From Histomonas meleagridis 2922-C6/04-290x (Eukaryota; Protista; Parabasalia), in NCBI GenBank assembly GCA_020184695.1, contig JAANOX010000198.1, forward strand, positions 90,815 through 154,814: a DNA stretch of 64,000 nucleotides, written 5' to 3'. Positions within the stretch are counted from its first letter, which is position 1. Every line of letters starts with the position of its first letter. Positions 49,242 through 63,800 of this stretch are shown here, one piece after another. Position numbers and translations under genes: made by a program. The notes below the pieces were generated by a model. It saw only the letters and a list, made by a program, of their open reading frames with translations, searched no databases and was not told the origin of the DNA.

Positions 49242-49873
49242 ACAAAATGAGAATTCTTACTTCCACTTAATGTGATGTCAATTTTAAGATGTTTGGTTAA
49301 AAAATATATGATTATGTAGATAGTTAGAATTAAAAATAAAATCGTGTAATTAATGAATTTGGTTTCAAATATGCCTGCAATGCTAGTGCGTTTTGGTGCT
49401 TCAATATTCCATGGATTAAGAGTATCTGAAAAACTATTCATTATTGGAGTTTTGTAATTTTCAATAGGGAAATACTGAAAATACACTTTTGGTGCCTGCA
49501 AACATTTGTCTCTTAGATAGTTTTGAAGTGAATTTCTTGGGAAAAGAAGTAGATCTCTATGCATATCTCAAAGGCAGAAACAATAACAAGTATTCGAGAC
49601 TGAATCTACGGTAGCTATTTCACCTATGAATAAGACTATGTGCAGTGATAAATGTTATGATATTCCAGTATGTCCGGAAAATGCCAATTGCTCATAGGCT
49701 TTGTGAACTTCGCAACATACATAACAGTATAGAGAATCATATTTGGTTTGTATTTATTGAGGTCAGTATGTTTACTGGGATGAAGTTCTTCCTCATTCGC
49801 AACACTTTGAATTCACTTTTTGATAAATGACATTTGATAAATTGAGTGACTTATGATCGTTTCTATAATTTTT

Positions 49874-51958
49874 ATGGACATTCCTCCTCCACCTCCTCCA
49901 CCAAGTCCATCAGTTTTGCAACTCGTTCCTGATGAAGCTCTTGCAATTGAAAAGTTGTTTTTTTAATTATATGAAAATAATCTCGAATTAATTTTTTTCA
50001 GAAAGTTTCAAAAAGTATTAGAAGTTCCACCAAGTTGTCCTTTACTCTATGAATTTTATATTACTCAGTGTATTTATATGGCTTATTTTACGCAAAATAA
50101 AGATGCAAAATTATACATTTCATTTTTAAACTTGTTATCAAATACAAAAAATATAAGTTTTTCAAAACTACTTAAGGTATTAACCATTTATCTTTACCTA
50201 AAAAATACAAGTGAATCAGAATGTCTTCTTAACGAAATGATCGACCATAAAATGATACCTTCAAATCTTTATTATTATTTAAAAATTATAAATAAAGAAA
50301 ACAAAGAAAATCAGAAAGAAAATCATATATTGGAGATTCTTCGAAATGATAATTTAGAAGAATTACAAGAAATGTCAACGCAAAATAAATTTGACTTCAA
50401 TCAAACAATTGAACCATCACCTTATGAAAAACATTCATTTGTTAATCATAAAAATGTTTCATTAATTGATTTTTGTGCATTTTATAAGTCAATTAAATGT
50501 TTTAAGTTTTTATTAATTAATGGATCAAATGTTAAAAATACATTAAAATATGCGATTGCAGGCGGAAATTTAGAAATTATTCACTTATGCATACAAAATA
50601 ATTCGACTATTAGCTATGTATTAGAAACAGCAATTCAATTTCATCGAAATGACGTTTTTTATTATTTTTATGATGAAAGAAATCAAAAATTTGAAGAAAG
50701 AAAAAACTTAATCATTAACAAAGATTTAAATGAATTAGGAATACAATGCTTAAAACACATTAATTATGAAATTTTATCTTTTTTAGAGAAAGAAGGTTTA
50801 TCAAAATTAAATCTTTCACTCCAAGCTGGTGCATTAAGTTTGCATAATCTTCCATTTATACATATATTTTATGAAGGAAAAATGATTAAAAAAGAACTTT
50901 TTTCCCAATTTCTTGGATATGGAAATCCTATAGTAGTGAAATGGCTCATCAAACAAAAAGGAATTAAGATTGAGAATGTCGATGTTAAATTACATAATTC
51001 TATGTGATAAATATTTATTTAAAATTTCATTAATTTTTTTGAAAAAGCATTTTTATGGGCATCAAAGTATAATCATGAACAATTAATTAAATACTTTTTA
51101 AAACATGGAATTGATGTAAATCATAAAGACATTAAATTGTTTTGTTTAATATTTATTTTAATAATTTTTTATCTCAAAATAATAATTGGAAATTATTTAA
51201 ATTATTTAAAACAGCACTTATGAATGCATCTTTTAATGGTCGTACAGAAATAGTTAAATTACTTCTTGAACAAGAAGGAATTGATATTAATGCTAAAAAT
51301 AATATTTATTTTTATTATTTTATGTTTCAAAATAATATTTGGAAATTATTTAAAATATTATGGACAGCACTTATGAATGCATCTTTTAATGGTCATACAG
51401 AAATAGTTAAATTACTTCTTGAACAAGAAGGAATTGATATTAATGCTAAAGATATTTATTTGTTTTATTTAAAATTTATTTCAATAATTTTATATTTCAA
51501 AATAATATTTGGAAATTATTTAAATTATTTTCGACAGCACTTATGATTGCATCTGAAAATGGTCATACAGAAATAGTTAAATTACTTCTTGAACAAAAAG
51601 AAATTGATATTAATGCTAAAGATATTTATATGTATTATTTAATATTTTTTTTAATAATTTGATATTTCAAAATAATATTTGGAAATTATTTAAATTATTT
51701 CAAACAGCACTTATTAGAGCATCTTATAAAGGTTATACAGAAATAGTTAAATTACTTCTTGAACAAGTAGGAATTGATATTAATGCTAAAAATATTTATT
51801 TGTTTTATTTTATATTTATTTTAATAATTTAATATTTCCAAATAATAATTGGAAATTATTTAAATTATTTCAAACAGCACTTATGAGAGCATCTCAATTT
51901 GGTTATACAGAAATAGTTAAATTACTACGTGAATACAAAGGAAATGATATTAAATAAA
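49874..51958 (+). CDS. DUF3447 + spacer-interrupted ankyrin array; N-terminus frameshifted at a T-run
   Basis: MDIPPPPPPPSPSVLQL start, then DUF3447 (SLIDFCAFYKSIKCFKFLL), then six modules separated by spacers of 60, 80, 63, 80, 80 and 81 nt. Confidence 0.75.
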
Positions 51959-53299
51959 TCATAATTTTCAGTTATTATTATTATTAAAAAGATATGATTT
52001 TTTTGAAAAATACAATTCAGAAGATAATGAGATCTCATTCATTTCACATTTAAACGGTCGTTTCAAAATAATAAAAAAAGAATTTTCAGATAAGAAATCA
52101 ATAAAAATGCGAAGAATAATAATTATATTAATAAGTGTTCTCAGAGAGTTCCTCAAACTTCAAATCCTGCAATATTTTTTCAACGGCAGTAGATTGCAAA
52201 AATACTCTCGTTATGAAATTTTGACTGTTCAATCTTTCCAAATTCGATATGATTTCGACCATACTTTTTCGGGAATTTTGGAATATTTCCTATATAGTAA
52301 TATTGTATGTTAGATATGTTTATTTTCTAAACTATTATCTTGTATCATTTTTATTGAAATTTTTGAGAAAAAGTGAAAATACATGAAAAAAACACACTTC
52401 TCCAAGGTTTATGCAAACGCAACTTTTTATGTGAAGTAGCGCTCGTCTTTATTTATTTGTGAATAAAAGTATTTGATTATTTTTTAAGAATATTTTTTAT
52501 ACAAATTTTTACGAATGATCAATAAACTGGTGAAGTGAAAAATGCAGATAGGATAAGATTATTTTTCATCTGTTTTTTGTTCTCGATTATATTTTTTCTC
52601 GTTTTTCCTTGATATTGAATATTTCTATGAATAGCTTGTGATTATTTGTTTTCGTATTTTTATCATTATCGAATGTTTTTTATTTAATTTAAATATATTT
52701 TTGTCTTTTCATCATGAATGTGAGAAATTTGAAGTAATTTATAATATTTTACAATATTATTTGTTAAATCCATCATAATTATATCATATTTTACATATTT
52801 TATTTTGATAAATATCAATCATAATTAAGTTAAAAACAACACATGATGTATTTTCTTGTTTAATTTTCTGAGTCGTTAATGAATCAGACATCGATCGAAT
52901 AGTACTATTAAATTAATAGGTTTCGAGTTGATATCTTTATCCTTATTACCTTTATTCATGAAAAATGATCGATTTATCATATTTAAATTCAGGAATACCA
53001 AATATAAATAGTGAGGCATCTGTCAATAGTGATTTTTTTATATTTTATATCATGACTATATGGTCATTCTTGAATTTTTCGTCGAAAAAGCCAATTTGTG
53101 AGGTGAACGACATGCATGCATTGAAACATTGAATTAAGAAAAACCGTGCATATTCAAATCACGAATTTTAATTCAAAAAGTTTACTAATGAATTTTGAAT
53201 TATTCAATTTTTTTTTTTTTTTGGAAAACATGACTGAAAGAATGAAGCATAAAAAAAATTCAGCAGTACAAATATATAGTCAGGCTGGCTCATATTAAT

Positions 53300-54030
53300 G
53301 AATATAGCTAGCTAGAAACTGTGGTATTGACTAATAATCGGAGAAATAGAGAAATTAACATCATTACATAGGATGACAAATATTAAGTTGTAGAATGTAA
53401 TATATTATGAGATAAAAGGAATAGATAACCGTAACTCATATTCGTTATTTAAAAAACATACACTAATTAAATTCGTTCATAAAATTATCAAATTAGATTG
53501 AACATTTATCGAAAATACGAAAATTTAAAAAAAAATGCAATTGATAAATTCAATGATCAAAAATCGTTTTTTCAGAAAAAACAGAAAATAATGTATCGTA
53601 TGTACCAAGATTTTACAAGAATATGTACTTCAACAGAAAATATTTTATTAACTATTGATTATGAACCATGTCGAATAAGTATAGCATTAAAGTATTTTGA
53701 AAGTTATTACATATATGATATATCATTTATTTTTTCATTGAATTAATAAATTAATTTCAAGAAAATCAAGATTTGATATGCTTATTTGGAATAAATAACA
53801 AATCACGCTTTCATGAATAAATCTCAACAATTTTATTTGTTGACATATCACAAGTAACACTTACCAAATTTGGCTGCCTTCATCACCACAATGATCATGG
53901 AAAATATTAAAGCATAGAAATTCAAGACACTTTTCGGATATAAATAACGTATTTTTTGAGAAAATGGTAAAAATTTGGTGTTGCCATTTTTTTCCTTTCA
54001 AATCCCCTATCGTTCAAAAACCGAATCATC
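53300..54030 (+). repeat. dispersed non-coding repeat, copy B
   Basis: See copy A at 45600-46330. Confidence 0.7.
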
Positions 54031-54635
54031 ATTAATATTATTTAATATTATTTTTTTTGTTTTATAAGCACATAAAATCAAATTCGAAACAAATGAAAGA
54101 CCGAAATCTACAATTGATGAAGAATGTGGGTGTATTTGATATTCGATATTTGGTTGAGATTTCTTTAATAACCGAACAGTTATAGAAGCATTATTCGGTT
54201 TAAGAATGAAAATTTCGTGGGCTTAAGGAGAAGTTATAATTAAATGATGAAGTTGATATGGTTTTTTGGATATAATTTAAAAAGTTTATCCACAATATAT
54301 TTAGTTCAGGTTCCATGGATCAACTGAATCATAGGGGGACCCCATAAACCGTTTATTTTTCAAACAAACCTTCTCAATTCACATGCCGATCAATTTGCAT
54401 AGAAGTTTAGTAAAACCCCCATCCGAGCGGTTTATGACTGCTAGCTCAATAAATTCAGAATATGTAACAAAAAGATCGATACCTTTTGAGAAGATCAAGT
54501 TTAAAAATTTAAAAAATATTTTTATAGGTAGGATCCTACCTTTTATATGTCCAAAGGATTTCCTTGAAAAGCGAGTAAAACCGTTCCCAGATTTACACTT
54601 TTTATAGAAACTTTAGAAAAATTCGTCTTTCTGGA

Positions 54636-57578
54636 ATGGAAGGTTTTGATGAAGACAGCGGAAGTTTTGAAAAGTTTGATTCAGACAAAGAAGAAATGGC
54701 CTCACGTGTTTTTACATTACTTCCAACAAAAAAATACAGAAGCAACAAAGTATCTCATCAAAAATACACCATATTAACCTTAATTCCATTATTCCTCTAC
54801 CAACAATTTCGTTTTTTTACAAACTTCTTTTACCTAGTAATAACTTTATTACAATTTATACCAGCATTACAAGTTGGTTTATTATTTTCGTATGTTTCAC
54901 CTTTACTCTTTGTTTTAGTCATTTCCTTTATCAAAGAAATGTGCGATGAAGTACAAGTAATGAAACGTGATTATGAGCTTAATTCACAGAAATATACTTT
55001 AATCACTTCAGAAGGGCCTACTGAAATCAAGTCTCAAGATCTTCGCGTAGGACATATAATTGAAGTAGAAGCAGGCAAAAGGGTTCCAGCCGATTTAATT
55101 CTCCTCAAAACCTCCGAAGATGTCGGCTCAGCATTCATTAAAACAGATCAACTTGATGGCGAAACTGATTGGAAGCTACGCCGATCACTTGGGGTTACCC
55201 AAAACTGCGCCAATCTATTTGATCTTGGTAATATTATTTTTGAAGTTGAGCAGCCACAACCAAACATATATGAGTTTTCAGGGCGAGTGTATTATGATGG
55301 CTCATATCATCCTATTGGCATTGAATCCACAGTTTGGTGTGATACAGTAGTTGCTAGTGGTAAAATTATCGGTGTTGTTACATATACAAGTACAGAAACA
55401 AGGTCATCACTTAATGCGTCACCGCAACCGATAAAAAGTAATCACATTGAAAAAGACATGAACAAGTATTCCATAATATTATTTATATTATTATTTTTAT
55501 TATCATTTATATCCACTGTTATTAATGGATTTTCATCCAATTTTATTGTTTTATTTATACGTTATGTGATATTATATTCATATTTAATACCGATTTCTAT
55601 GAGAGTTAATTTGGATTTAGCTAAAATGGTATTTGTGTTAAGAATTAAAAGAGATAAAGATATTGAAGGAGCGATTTTACGTAATTCTTCATTAGCAGAA
55701 GAATTAGGTCGAATACATTTTTTGTTTACTGATAAAACAGGAACATTAACACAAAACGAAATGGAATTTAAGAAACTTCAATATGATAATATAATTGCGG
55801 ATAAAGACACTAAAGTATCTCCTTGTCCATTATCATTTTTAGCATTATCATTATGTCATAATGTCTCTGTTACTGAAGAAGGTTTTCAAGCTTCTTCACC
55901 AGATGAAATCGCATTAGTTAAACATGTATCTAATATCGGATACAAACTTATAAATCGAACTGATGATCTAATTGAGATTCAACTTGAAGATGGAACAATC
56001 GAAAGATTTAACGTTTTAGCATTATTACCATTTTCTTCTGTCTGGAGTCATATGGGAATAGTTTTAAATAATTCGAAATATGGAAATTTGTTGTTCATTA
56101 AAGGTTCTGATGTTAGTGTAAGTAAAATGTGTCCACCAAATGAATGGCTTGATGAAGTTGTAGGAAATCTTGCACGAGATGGATTACGAACATTAGTATT
56201 TGCATATAAGCAATTAAATGATGAAGAACTCGAAACATTTTTAACAGAATTTAAAGAAGCTTCACATTCGATCATTAATCGAAGTAATAATATCTTAGAA
56301 AGTTTCCAAAAGATATCGAAATCAATGGAATTATTAGGCGTTACAGGTGTTGAAGATAAACTTCAAGAAGGAGTTCCAGAAACACTTGAAGCACTTAAAG
56401 CGGCAAAGATTAAAGTATGGATGTTAACAGGTGATAAATGTGAAACGGCAATATGTATTGCATTATCATCACGTTTGTTTTCACGAGATTGTGATTATAA
56501 AATAATACATTCGTTAAGTGAACTTCAAAGTTATATCGATAGTCCTTATGTACCACCATTAGTAATTGAAGGAAAAGAATTTCAAGATATTGAAGTCGTT
56601 CCTGACTTCTTTATAAAAGTAGCAATGCGTTCATCTGCTATTGTAATAAATCGTTGTTCTCCATCACAGAAAGAGAAAGTTGTAAAAATGGTCATGAAAC
56701 AAAATAAAGATTTAGTTTCATGTGCTATTGGCGATGGAGGTAATGATGTATCTATGATACAAACAGCTTCAATCGGTATAGGCATTGTAGGTAAAGAAGG
56801 CAAACAAGCTTCTTTAGCTGCTGACGTATCGATTAATAACTTTTCGCACTTGCAAAAGATGTTGTTTTGGTACGGATCGAATTGTTATAGACATTCGTCA
56901 AGATTAAGTCAAGTTATTATTCATAGAAGTATTTTGTTGACGATTGTTCAAGCGATTTATTCCATTCTTTTTAATTCGATACCAACTCCGGTTTATGATG
57001 ATTGGAGTATGGTCGGATTCTCAACTGTTTTCACGAGTTTTCCTGTGTTTTGTCTTGTTTTTGATTATTTCGTCGATTTAAATACTGCATTATCTTTCCC
57101 TGAGTTATATATAAAATGTCAAAAAGGCAGATATTTCTCCTTGAAAACATTTTTGATTTGGGTTTGGCTTGGTATTTATAATGGTTTAATAATAATTTTC
57201 TTTGTGACTAAACTTTTTAAGTTTAAACTTGGAGTCGATAGTCGAAGAATTCAATCTGTTTCTTATACTTCTTTGATGCTGATTGAATTGATTTTGATTG
57301 CAATTCAATTGAATCATTTTAATATAGTAACAATTGCTGCAGAAATAATTTCTTTCGTGTTTTATGTGGTGGCTGTGTTCGTGATTCCAAAAGGTTATGA
57401 TGTTAATTTCATGATAACAGGTGAGTTCGTGTGGAAAGTATTGATAATAACTTTGGTAGGAAATATACCATTGATATGTTATGAAATTTATTCAAAATGT
57501 TGTTACCCTTCAAATGAAATTAGTTTAAGAACAAATAATTCAAATTTGGATGGAGCTTCGGCACTTTTGCTTCTCTAA
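54636..57578 (+). CDS. NEO1: P4-type ATPase phospholipid flippase, ATP9/Neo1 class
   Basis: DGETDWKLR, IPISMRVNLD, DKTGTLT, TGDK and GDGGNDVSMIQ..GKEGKQASLAAD. Confidence 0.95.
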   Translation: MEGFDEDSGSFEKFDSDKEEMASRVFTLLPTKKYRSNKVSHQKYTILTLIPLFLYQQFRFFTNFFYLVITLLQFIPALQVGLLFSYVSPLLFVLVISFIKEMCDEVQVMKRDYELNSQKYTLITSEGPTEIKSQDLRVGHIIEVEAGKRVPADLILLKTSEDVGSAFIKTDQLDGETDWKLRRSLGVTQNCANLFDLGNIIFEVEQPQPNIYEFSGRVYYDGSYHPIGIESTVWCDTVVASGKIIGVVTYTSTETRSSLNASPQPIKSNHIEKDMNKYSIILFILLFLLSFISTVINGFSSNFIVLFIRYVILYSYLIPISMRVNLDLAKMVFVLRIKRDKDIEGAILRNSSLAEELGRIHFLFTDKTGTLTQNEMEFKKLQYDNIIADKDTKVSPCPLSFLALSLCHNVSVTEEGFQASSPDEIALVKHVSNIGYKLINRTDDLIEIQLEDGTIERFNVLALLPFSSVWSHMGIVLNNSKYGNLLFIKGSDVSVSKMCPPNEWLDEVVGNLARDGLRTLVFAYKQLNDEELETFLTEFKEASHSIINRSNNILESFQKISKSMELLGVTGVEDKLQEGVPETLEALKAAKIKVWMLTGDKCETAICIALSSRLFSRDCDYKIIHSLSELQSYIDSPYVPPLVIEGKEFQDIEVVPDFFIKVAMRSSAIVINRCSPSQKEKVVKMVMKQNKDLVSCAIGDGGNDVSMIQTASIGIGIVGKEGKQASLAADVSINNFSHLQKMLFWYGSNCYRHSSRLSQVIIHRSILLTIVQAIYSILFNSIPTPVYDDWSMVGFSTVFTSFPVFCLVFDYFVDLNTALSFPELYIKCQKGRYFSLKTFLIWVWLGIYNGLIIIFFVTKLFKFKLGVDSRRIQSVSYTSLMLIELILIAIQLNHFNIVTIAAEIISFVFYVVAVFVIPKGYDVNFMITGEFVWKVLIITLVGNIPLICYEIYSKCCYPSNEISLRTNNSNLDGASALLLL

Positions 57579-57869
57579 ATAATTAATAAAATGTAAGTTG
57601 TTATTTAAATTTAAAAAAAATTAAACAACGAATCAGAGAGTAAGGGTTCTGTTTCATGAAAATATGATTGTAAATACATTAGTACAAATGATTGTGTATA
57701 GATTACATTAATTTATGAAAATATATTCTTCTTTGTAAAATTTTGGAAATTGTGAGCACAAATTTGTGATAGTTCATTTTTTTGAATTAATAATAATCAT
57801 CCAAAAAGTGGCATTAGTTAGGAAGATCCTTATTAATTCTTCGAATAACTTACACCAAACTCGAAAAAA

Positions 57870-60800
57870 GTGAATAATAAAAGCAATCATCCGGCACGAA
57901 AAAACACATCACCAATTGATAATGGTTTTGGTAGAACAATATTTTTCAATTCATCATTTGCATCAAACAATAATACTAACAAACGATTAACAGTAGCACC
58001 ACCACCTATAACATCATTTGTAAATAATAATAACACAAATAATAACACGAATAAACCATTAACAGTAGCACCACCACCTATAACATCATTTGTAACAAAT
58101 AATAACACAAATAATAATACGAATAAACCATTAACAGTAGCACCGCCACCTATAACATCATTTGTAACAAATAATAATAACACAAATAATAACACGAATA
58201 AACCATTAACAGTAGCACCACCACCTATAACATCATTTGTAACAAATAATAATAACACAAATAAACCATTAACAGTAGCACCACCACCTATAACATCATT
58301 TGTAAATAATAATAATAACACGAATAAACCATTAACAGTAGCACCACCACCTATAACATCATTTGTAAATAATAATAATAATACGAATAATAACACGAAT
58401 AAACCATTAACAGTAGCACCGCCACCTATAACATCATTTGTAACAAATAATAATAACACAAATAATAACACGAATAAACCATTAACAGTAGCACCACCAC
58501 CTATAACATCATTTGTAAAAAATAATAATAACACAAATAATAATACGAATAAACCATTAACAGTAGCACCGCCACCTATAACATCATTTGTAACAAATAA
58601 TAACACAAATAATAACACGAATAAACCATTAACAGTAGCACCGCCACCTATAACATCATATGTAACAAATAATAATAACACAAATAAAACCATTAACAGT
58701 AGCACCACCACCTATAACATCATTTGTAAATAATAATAATAACACAAATAATAACACGAATAAACCATTAACAGTAGCACCACCACCTATAACATCATTT
58801 GTAACAAATAATAATAACACAAATAATAACACGAATAAACCATTAACAGTAGCACCACCACCTATAACATCATTTGTAACAAATAATAATAACACAAATA
58901 AACCATTAACAGTAGCACCACCACCTATAACATCATTTGTAAAAAATAATAATAACAAAAATAATAACACGAATAAACCATTAACAGTAGCACCACCACC
59001 AATAACATCATTTGTAACAAATAATAATAACACAAAATAATAACACGAATAAACCATTAACAGTAGCACCGCCACCTATAACATCATTTGTAACAAATAA
59101 TAATAACACAAATAAATTATTAACAGTAGCACCGCCACCTATAACATCATTTGTAAATAATAATAATACGAATAATAACACGAATAAACCATTAACAGTA
59201 GCACCACCACCTATAACATCATTTGTAACAAATAATAATAACACGAATAAACCATTAACAGTAGCACCGCCACCTATAACATCATTTGTAAATAATAATA
59301 ATAACACAAATAATAACACGAATAAACCATTAACAGTAGCACCGCCACCTATAACATCATTTGTAAATAATAATAATAACACAAATAATAACACGAATAA
59401 ACCATTAACAGTAGCACCACCACCTATAACATCATTTGTAACAAATAATAATAACACAAATAAACCATTAACAGTAGCACCACCACCTATAACATCATTT
59501 GTAACAAATAATAATAACACAAATAATAACACGAATAAACCATTAACAGTAGCACCGCCACCTATAACATCATTTGTAACAAATAATAATAACACAAATA
59601 AACCATTAACAGTAGCACCACCACCTATAACATCATTTGTAAATAATAATAATACGAATAATAACACGAATAAACCATTAACAGTAGCACCGCCACCTAT
59701 AACATCATTTGTAACAAATAATAATAACACAAATAAACCATTAACAGTAGCACCACCACCTATAACATCATTTGTAACAAATAATAATAACACAAATAAT
59801 AACACGAATAAACCATTAACAGTAGCACCACCACCTATAACATCATTTGTAAAAAATAATAATAACACAAATAATAATACGAATAAAACCATTAACAGTA
59901 GCACCGCCACCTATAACATCATTTGTAACAAATAATAACACAAATAATAACACGAATAAACCATTAACAGTAGCACCGCCACCTATAACATCATATGTAA
60001 CAAATAATAATAACACAAATAAACCATTAACAGTAGCACCACCACCTATAACATCATTTGTAAATAATAATAATAGCACAAATAAACCATTAACAGTAGC
60101 ACCACCACCTATAACATCATTTGTAAATAATAATAATACGAATAATAACACGAATAAACCATTAACAGTAGCACCACCACCTATAACATCATTTGTAACA
60201 AATAATAATAACACGAATAATAACACGAATAAACCATTAACAGTAGCACCGCCACCTATAACATCATATGTAACAAATAATAATAACACAAATAAACCAT
60301 TAACAGTAGCACCACCACCTATAACATCATTTGTAAATAATAATAATAACACAAATAATAACACGAATAAACCATTAACAGTAGCACCACCACCTATAAC
60401 ATCATTTGTAACAAATAATAATAACACAAATAATAACACGAATAAACCATTAACAGTAGCACCGCCACCTATAACATCATTTGTAACAAATAATAACACA
60501 AATAATAACACGAATAAACCATTAACAGTAGCACCGCCACCTATAACATCATATGTAACAAATAATAATAACACAAATAAACCATTAACAGTAGCACCAC
60601 CACCTATAACATCATTTGTAAATAATAATAATAGCACAAATAAAACCATTAACAGTAGCACCACCACCTATAACATCATTTGTAAATAATAATAATACGA
60701 ATAATAACACGAATAAACCATTAACAGTAGCACCACCACCTATAACATCATTTGTAACAAATAATAATAACACAAATAATAACACGAATAAACCATTAAC

Positions 60801-63800
60801 AGTAGCACCACCACCTATAACATCATTTGTAACAAATAATAATAACACAAATAATAACACGAATAAACCATTAACAGTAGCACCGCCACCTATAACATCA
60901 TTTGTAACAAATAATAATAACACAAATAAATTATTAACAGTAGCACCGCCACCTATAACATCATTTGTAAATAATAATAATACGAATAATAACACGAATA
61001 AACCATTAACAGTAGCACCACCACCTATAACATCATTTGTAACAAATAATAATAACACGAATAAACCATTAACAGTAGCACAGCCACCTATAACATCATT
61101 TGTAAATAATAATAATAACACAAATAATAACACGAATAAACCATTAACAGTAGCACCGCCACCTATAACATCATTTGTAAATAATAATAATAACACAAAT
61201 AATAACACGAATAAACCATTAACAGTAGCACCACCACCTATAACATCATTTGTAACAAATAATAATAACACGAATAAACCATTAACAGTAGCACCACCAC
61301 CTATAACATCATTTGTAACAAATAATAATAACACAAATAATAACACGAATAAACCATTAACAGTAGCACCGCCACCTATAACATCATTTGTAACAAATAA
61401 TAATAACACAAATAAACCATTAACAGTAGCACCACCACCTATAACATCATTTGTAAATAATAATAATACGAATAATAACACGAATAAACCATTAACAGTA
61501 GCACCGCCACCTATAACATCATTTGTAACAAATAATAATAACACGAATAAACCATTAACAGTAGCACCGCCACCTATAACATCATTTGTAACAAATAATA
61601 ATAACACAAATAATAACACGAATAAACCATTAACAGTAGCACCACCACCTATAACATCATTTGTAAAATAATAATAACACAAATAATAATACGAATAAAC
61701 CATTAACAGTAGCACCGCCACCTATAACATCATTTGTAACAAATAATAACACAAATAATAACACGAATAAACCATTAACAGTAGCACCGCCACCTATAAC
61801 ATCATATGTAACAAAAAAAAAAAACACAAATAAACCATTACTAGTAGCACCACCACCTATCACATCATTTGTAAATAATAATAATAGCACAAATAAACCA
61901 TTAACAGTAGCACCACCACCTATAACATCATTTGTAAATAATAATAATACGAATAATAACACGAATAAACCATTAACAGTAGCACCACCACCTATAACAT
62001 CATTTGTAAATAATAATAATACGAATAATAACACGAATAAACCATTAACAGTAGCACCACCACCTATAACATCATTTGTAAATAATAATAATAGCACAAA
62101 TAAACCATTAACAGTAGCACCACCACCTATAACATCATTTGTAAATAATAATAGCACAAATAAACCATTAACAGTAGCACCACCACCTATAACATCATTT
62201 GTAACAAATAATAATAACACAAATAAACCATTAACAGTAGCACCACCACCTATAACATCATTTGTAACAAATAATAATAACACAAATAATAACACGAATA
62301 AACCATTAACAGTAGCACCACCACCTATAACATCATTTGTAACAAATAATAATAACACAAATAATAACACGAATAAACCATTAACAGTAGCACCACCACC
62401 TATAACATCATTTGTAACAAATAATAATAACACGAATAAACCATTAACAGTAGCACCGCCACCTATAACATCATTTGTAAATAATAATAATAACACAAAT
62501 AATAACACGAATAAACCATTAACAGTAGCACCACCACCTATAACATCATTTGTAACAAATAATAATAACACAAATAAACCATTAACAGTAGCACCACCAC
62601 CTATAACATCATTTGTAACAAATAATAATAACACAAATAATAACACGAATAAACCATTAACAGTAGCACCGCCACCTATAACATCATTTGTAACAAATAA
62701 TAATAACACAAATAAATTATTAACAGTAGCACCACCACCTATAACATCATTTGTAAATAATAATAATACGAATAATAACACGAATAAACCATTAACAGTA
62801 GCACCGCCACCTATAACATCATTTGTAACAAATAATAATAACACGAATAAACCATTAACAGTAGCACCGCCACCTATAACATCATTTGTAAATAATAATA
62901 ATAACACAAATAATAACACGAATAAACCATTAACAGTAGCACCACCACCTATAACATCATTTGTAAATAATAATAATAACACAAATAATAACACAAATAA
63001 ACCATTAACAGTAGCACCACCACCTATAACATCATTTGTAAATAATAATAATAACACAAATAATAACACGACCACCTATAACATCATTTGTAACAAATAA
63101 TAATAACACAAATAATAACACGAATAAACCATTAACAGTAGCACCGCCACCTATAACATCATTTGTAACAAATAATAATAACACGAATAAACCATTAACA
63201 GTAGCACCACCACCTATAACATCATTTGTAAATAATAATAATAACACAAATAATAACACGAATAAACCATTAACAGTAGCACCACCACCTATAACATCAT
63301 TTGTAACAAATAATAATAACACAAATAATAACACAAATAAACCATTAACAGTAGCATCACCACCTATAACATCATTTGTAAATAATAATAATAACACAAA
63401 TAATAACACGAATAAACCATTAACAGTAGCACCACCACCTATAACATCATTTGTAACAAATAATAATAACACAAATAATAACACGAATAAACCATTAACA
63501 GTAGCACCACCACCTATAACATCATTTGTAACAAATAATAATAACACAAATAATAACACAAATAAACCATTAACAGTAGCACCACCACCTATAACATCAT
63601 TTGTAACAAATAATAATAACACAAATAATAACACGAATAAACCATTAACAGTAGCACCGCCACCTATAACATCATTTGTAAATAATAATAATAACACAAA
63701 TAATAACACAAATAAACCATTAACAGTAGCACCACTCACCTATAACATCATTTGTAACAAATAATAATAACACAAATAATAACACGAATAAACCATTAAC

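Noticed and set aside
49242-49564. N-terminal extension of the BspA ORF (also 8000-8479 for the first BspA)
   Set aside because: AT-rich open frame with non-protein-like composition. An Inr plus a signal-like start lies downstream.
51142-51546. Short ORFs such as MFNIYFNN..WKLFKLF.TAL as independent small genes
   Set aside because: They start at TTG or other non-ATG codons inside spacers and are by-products of the periodic array.
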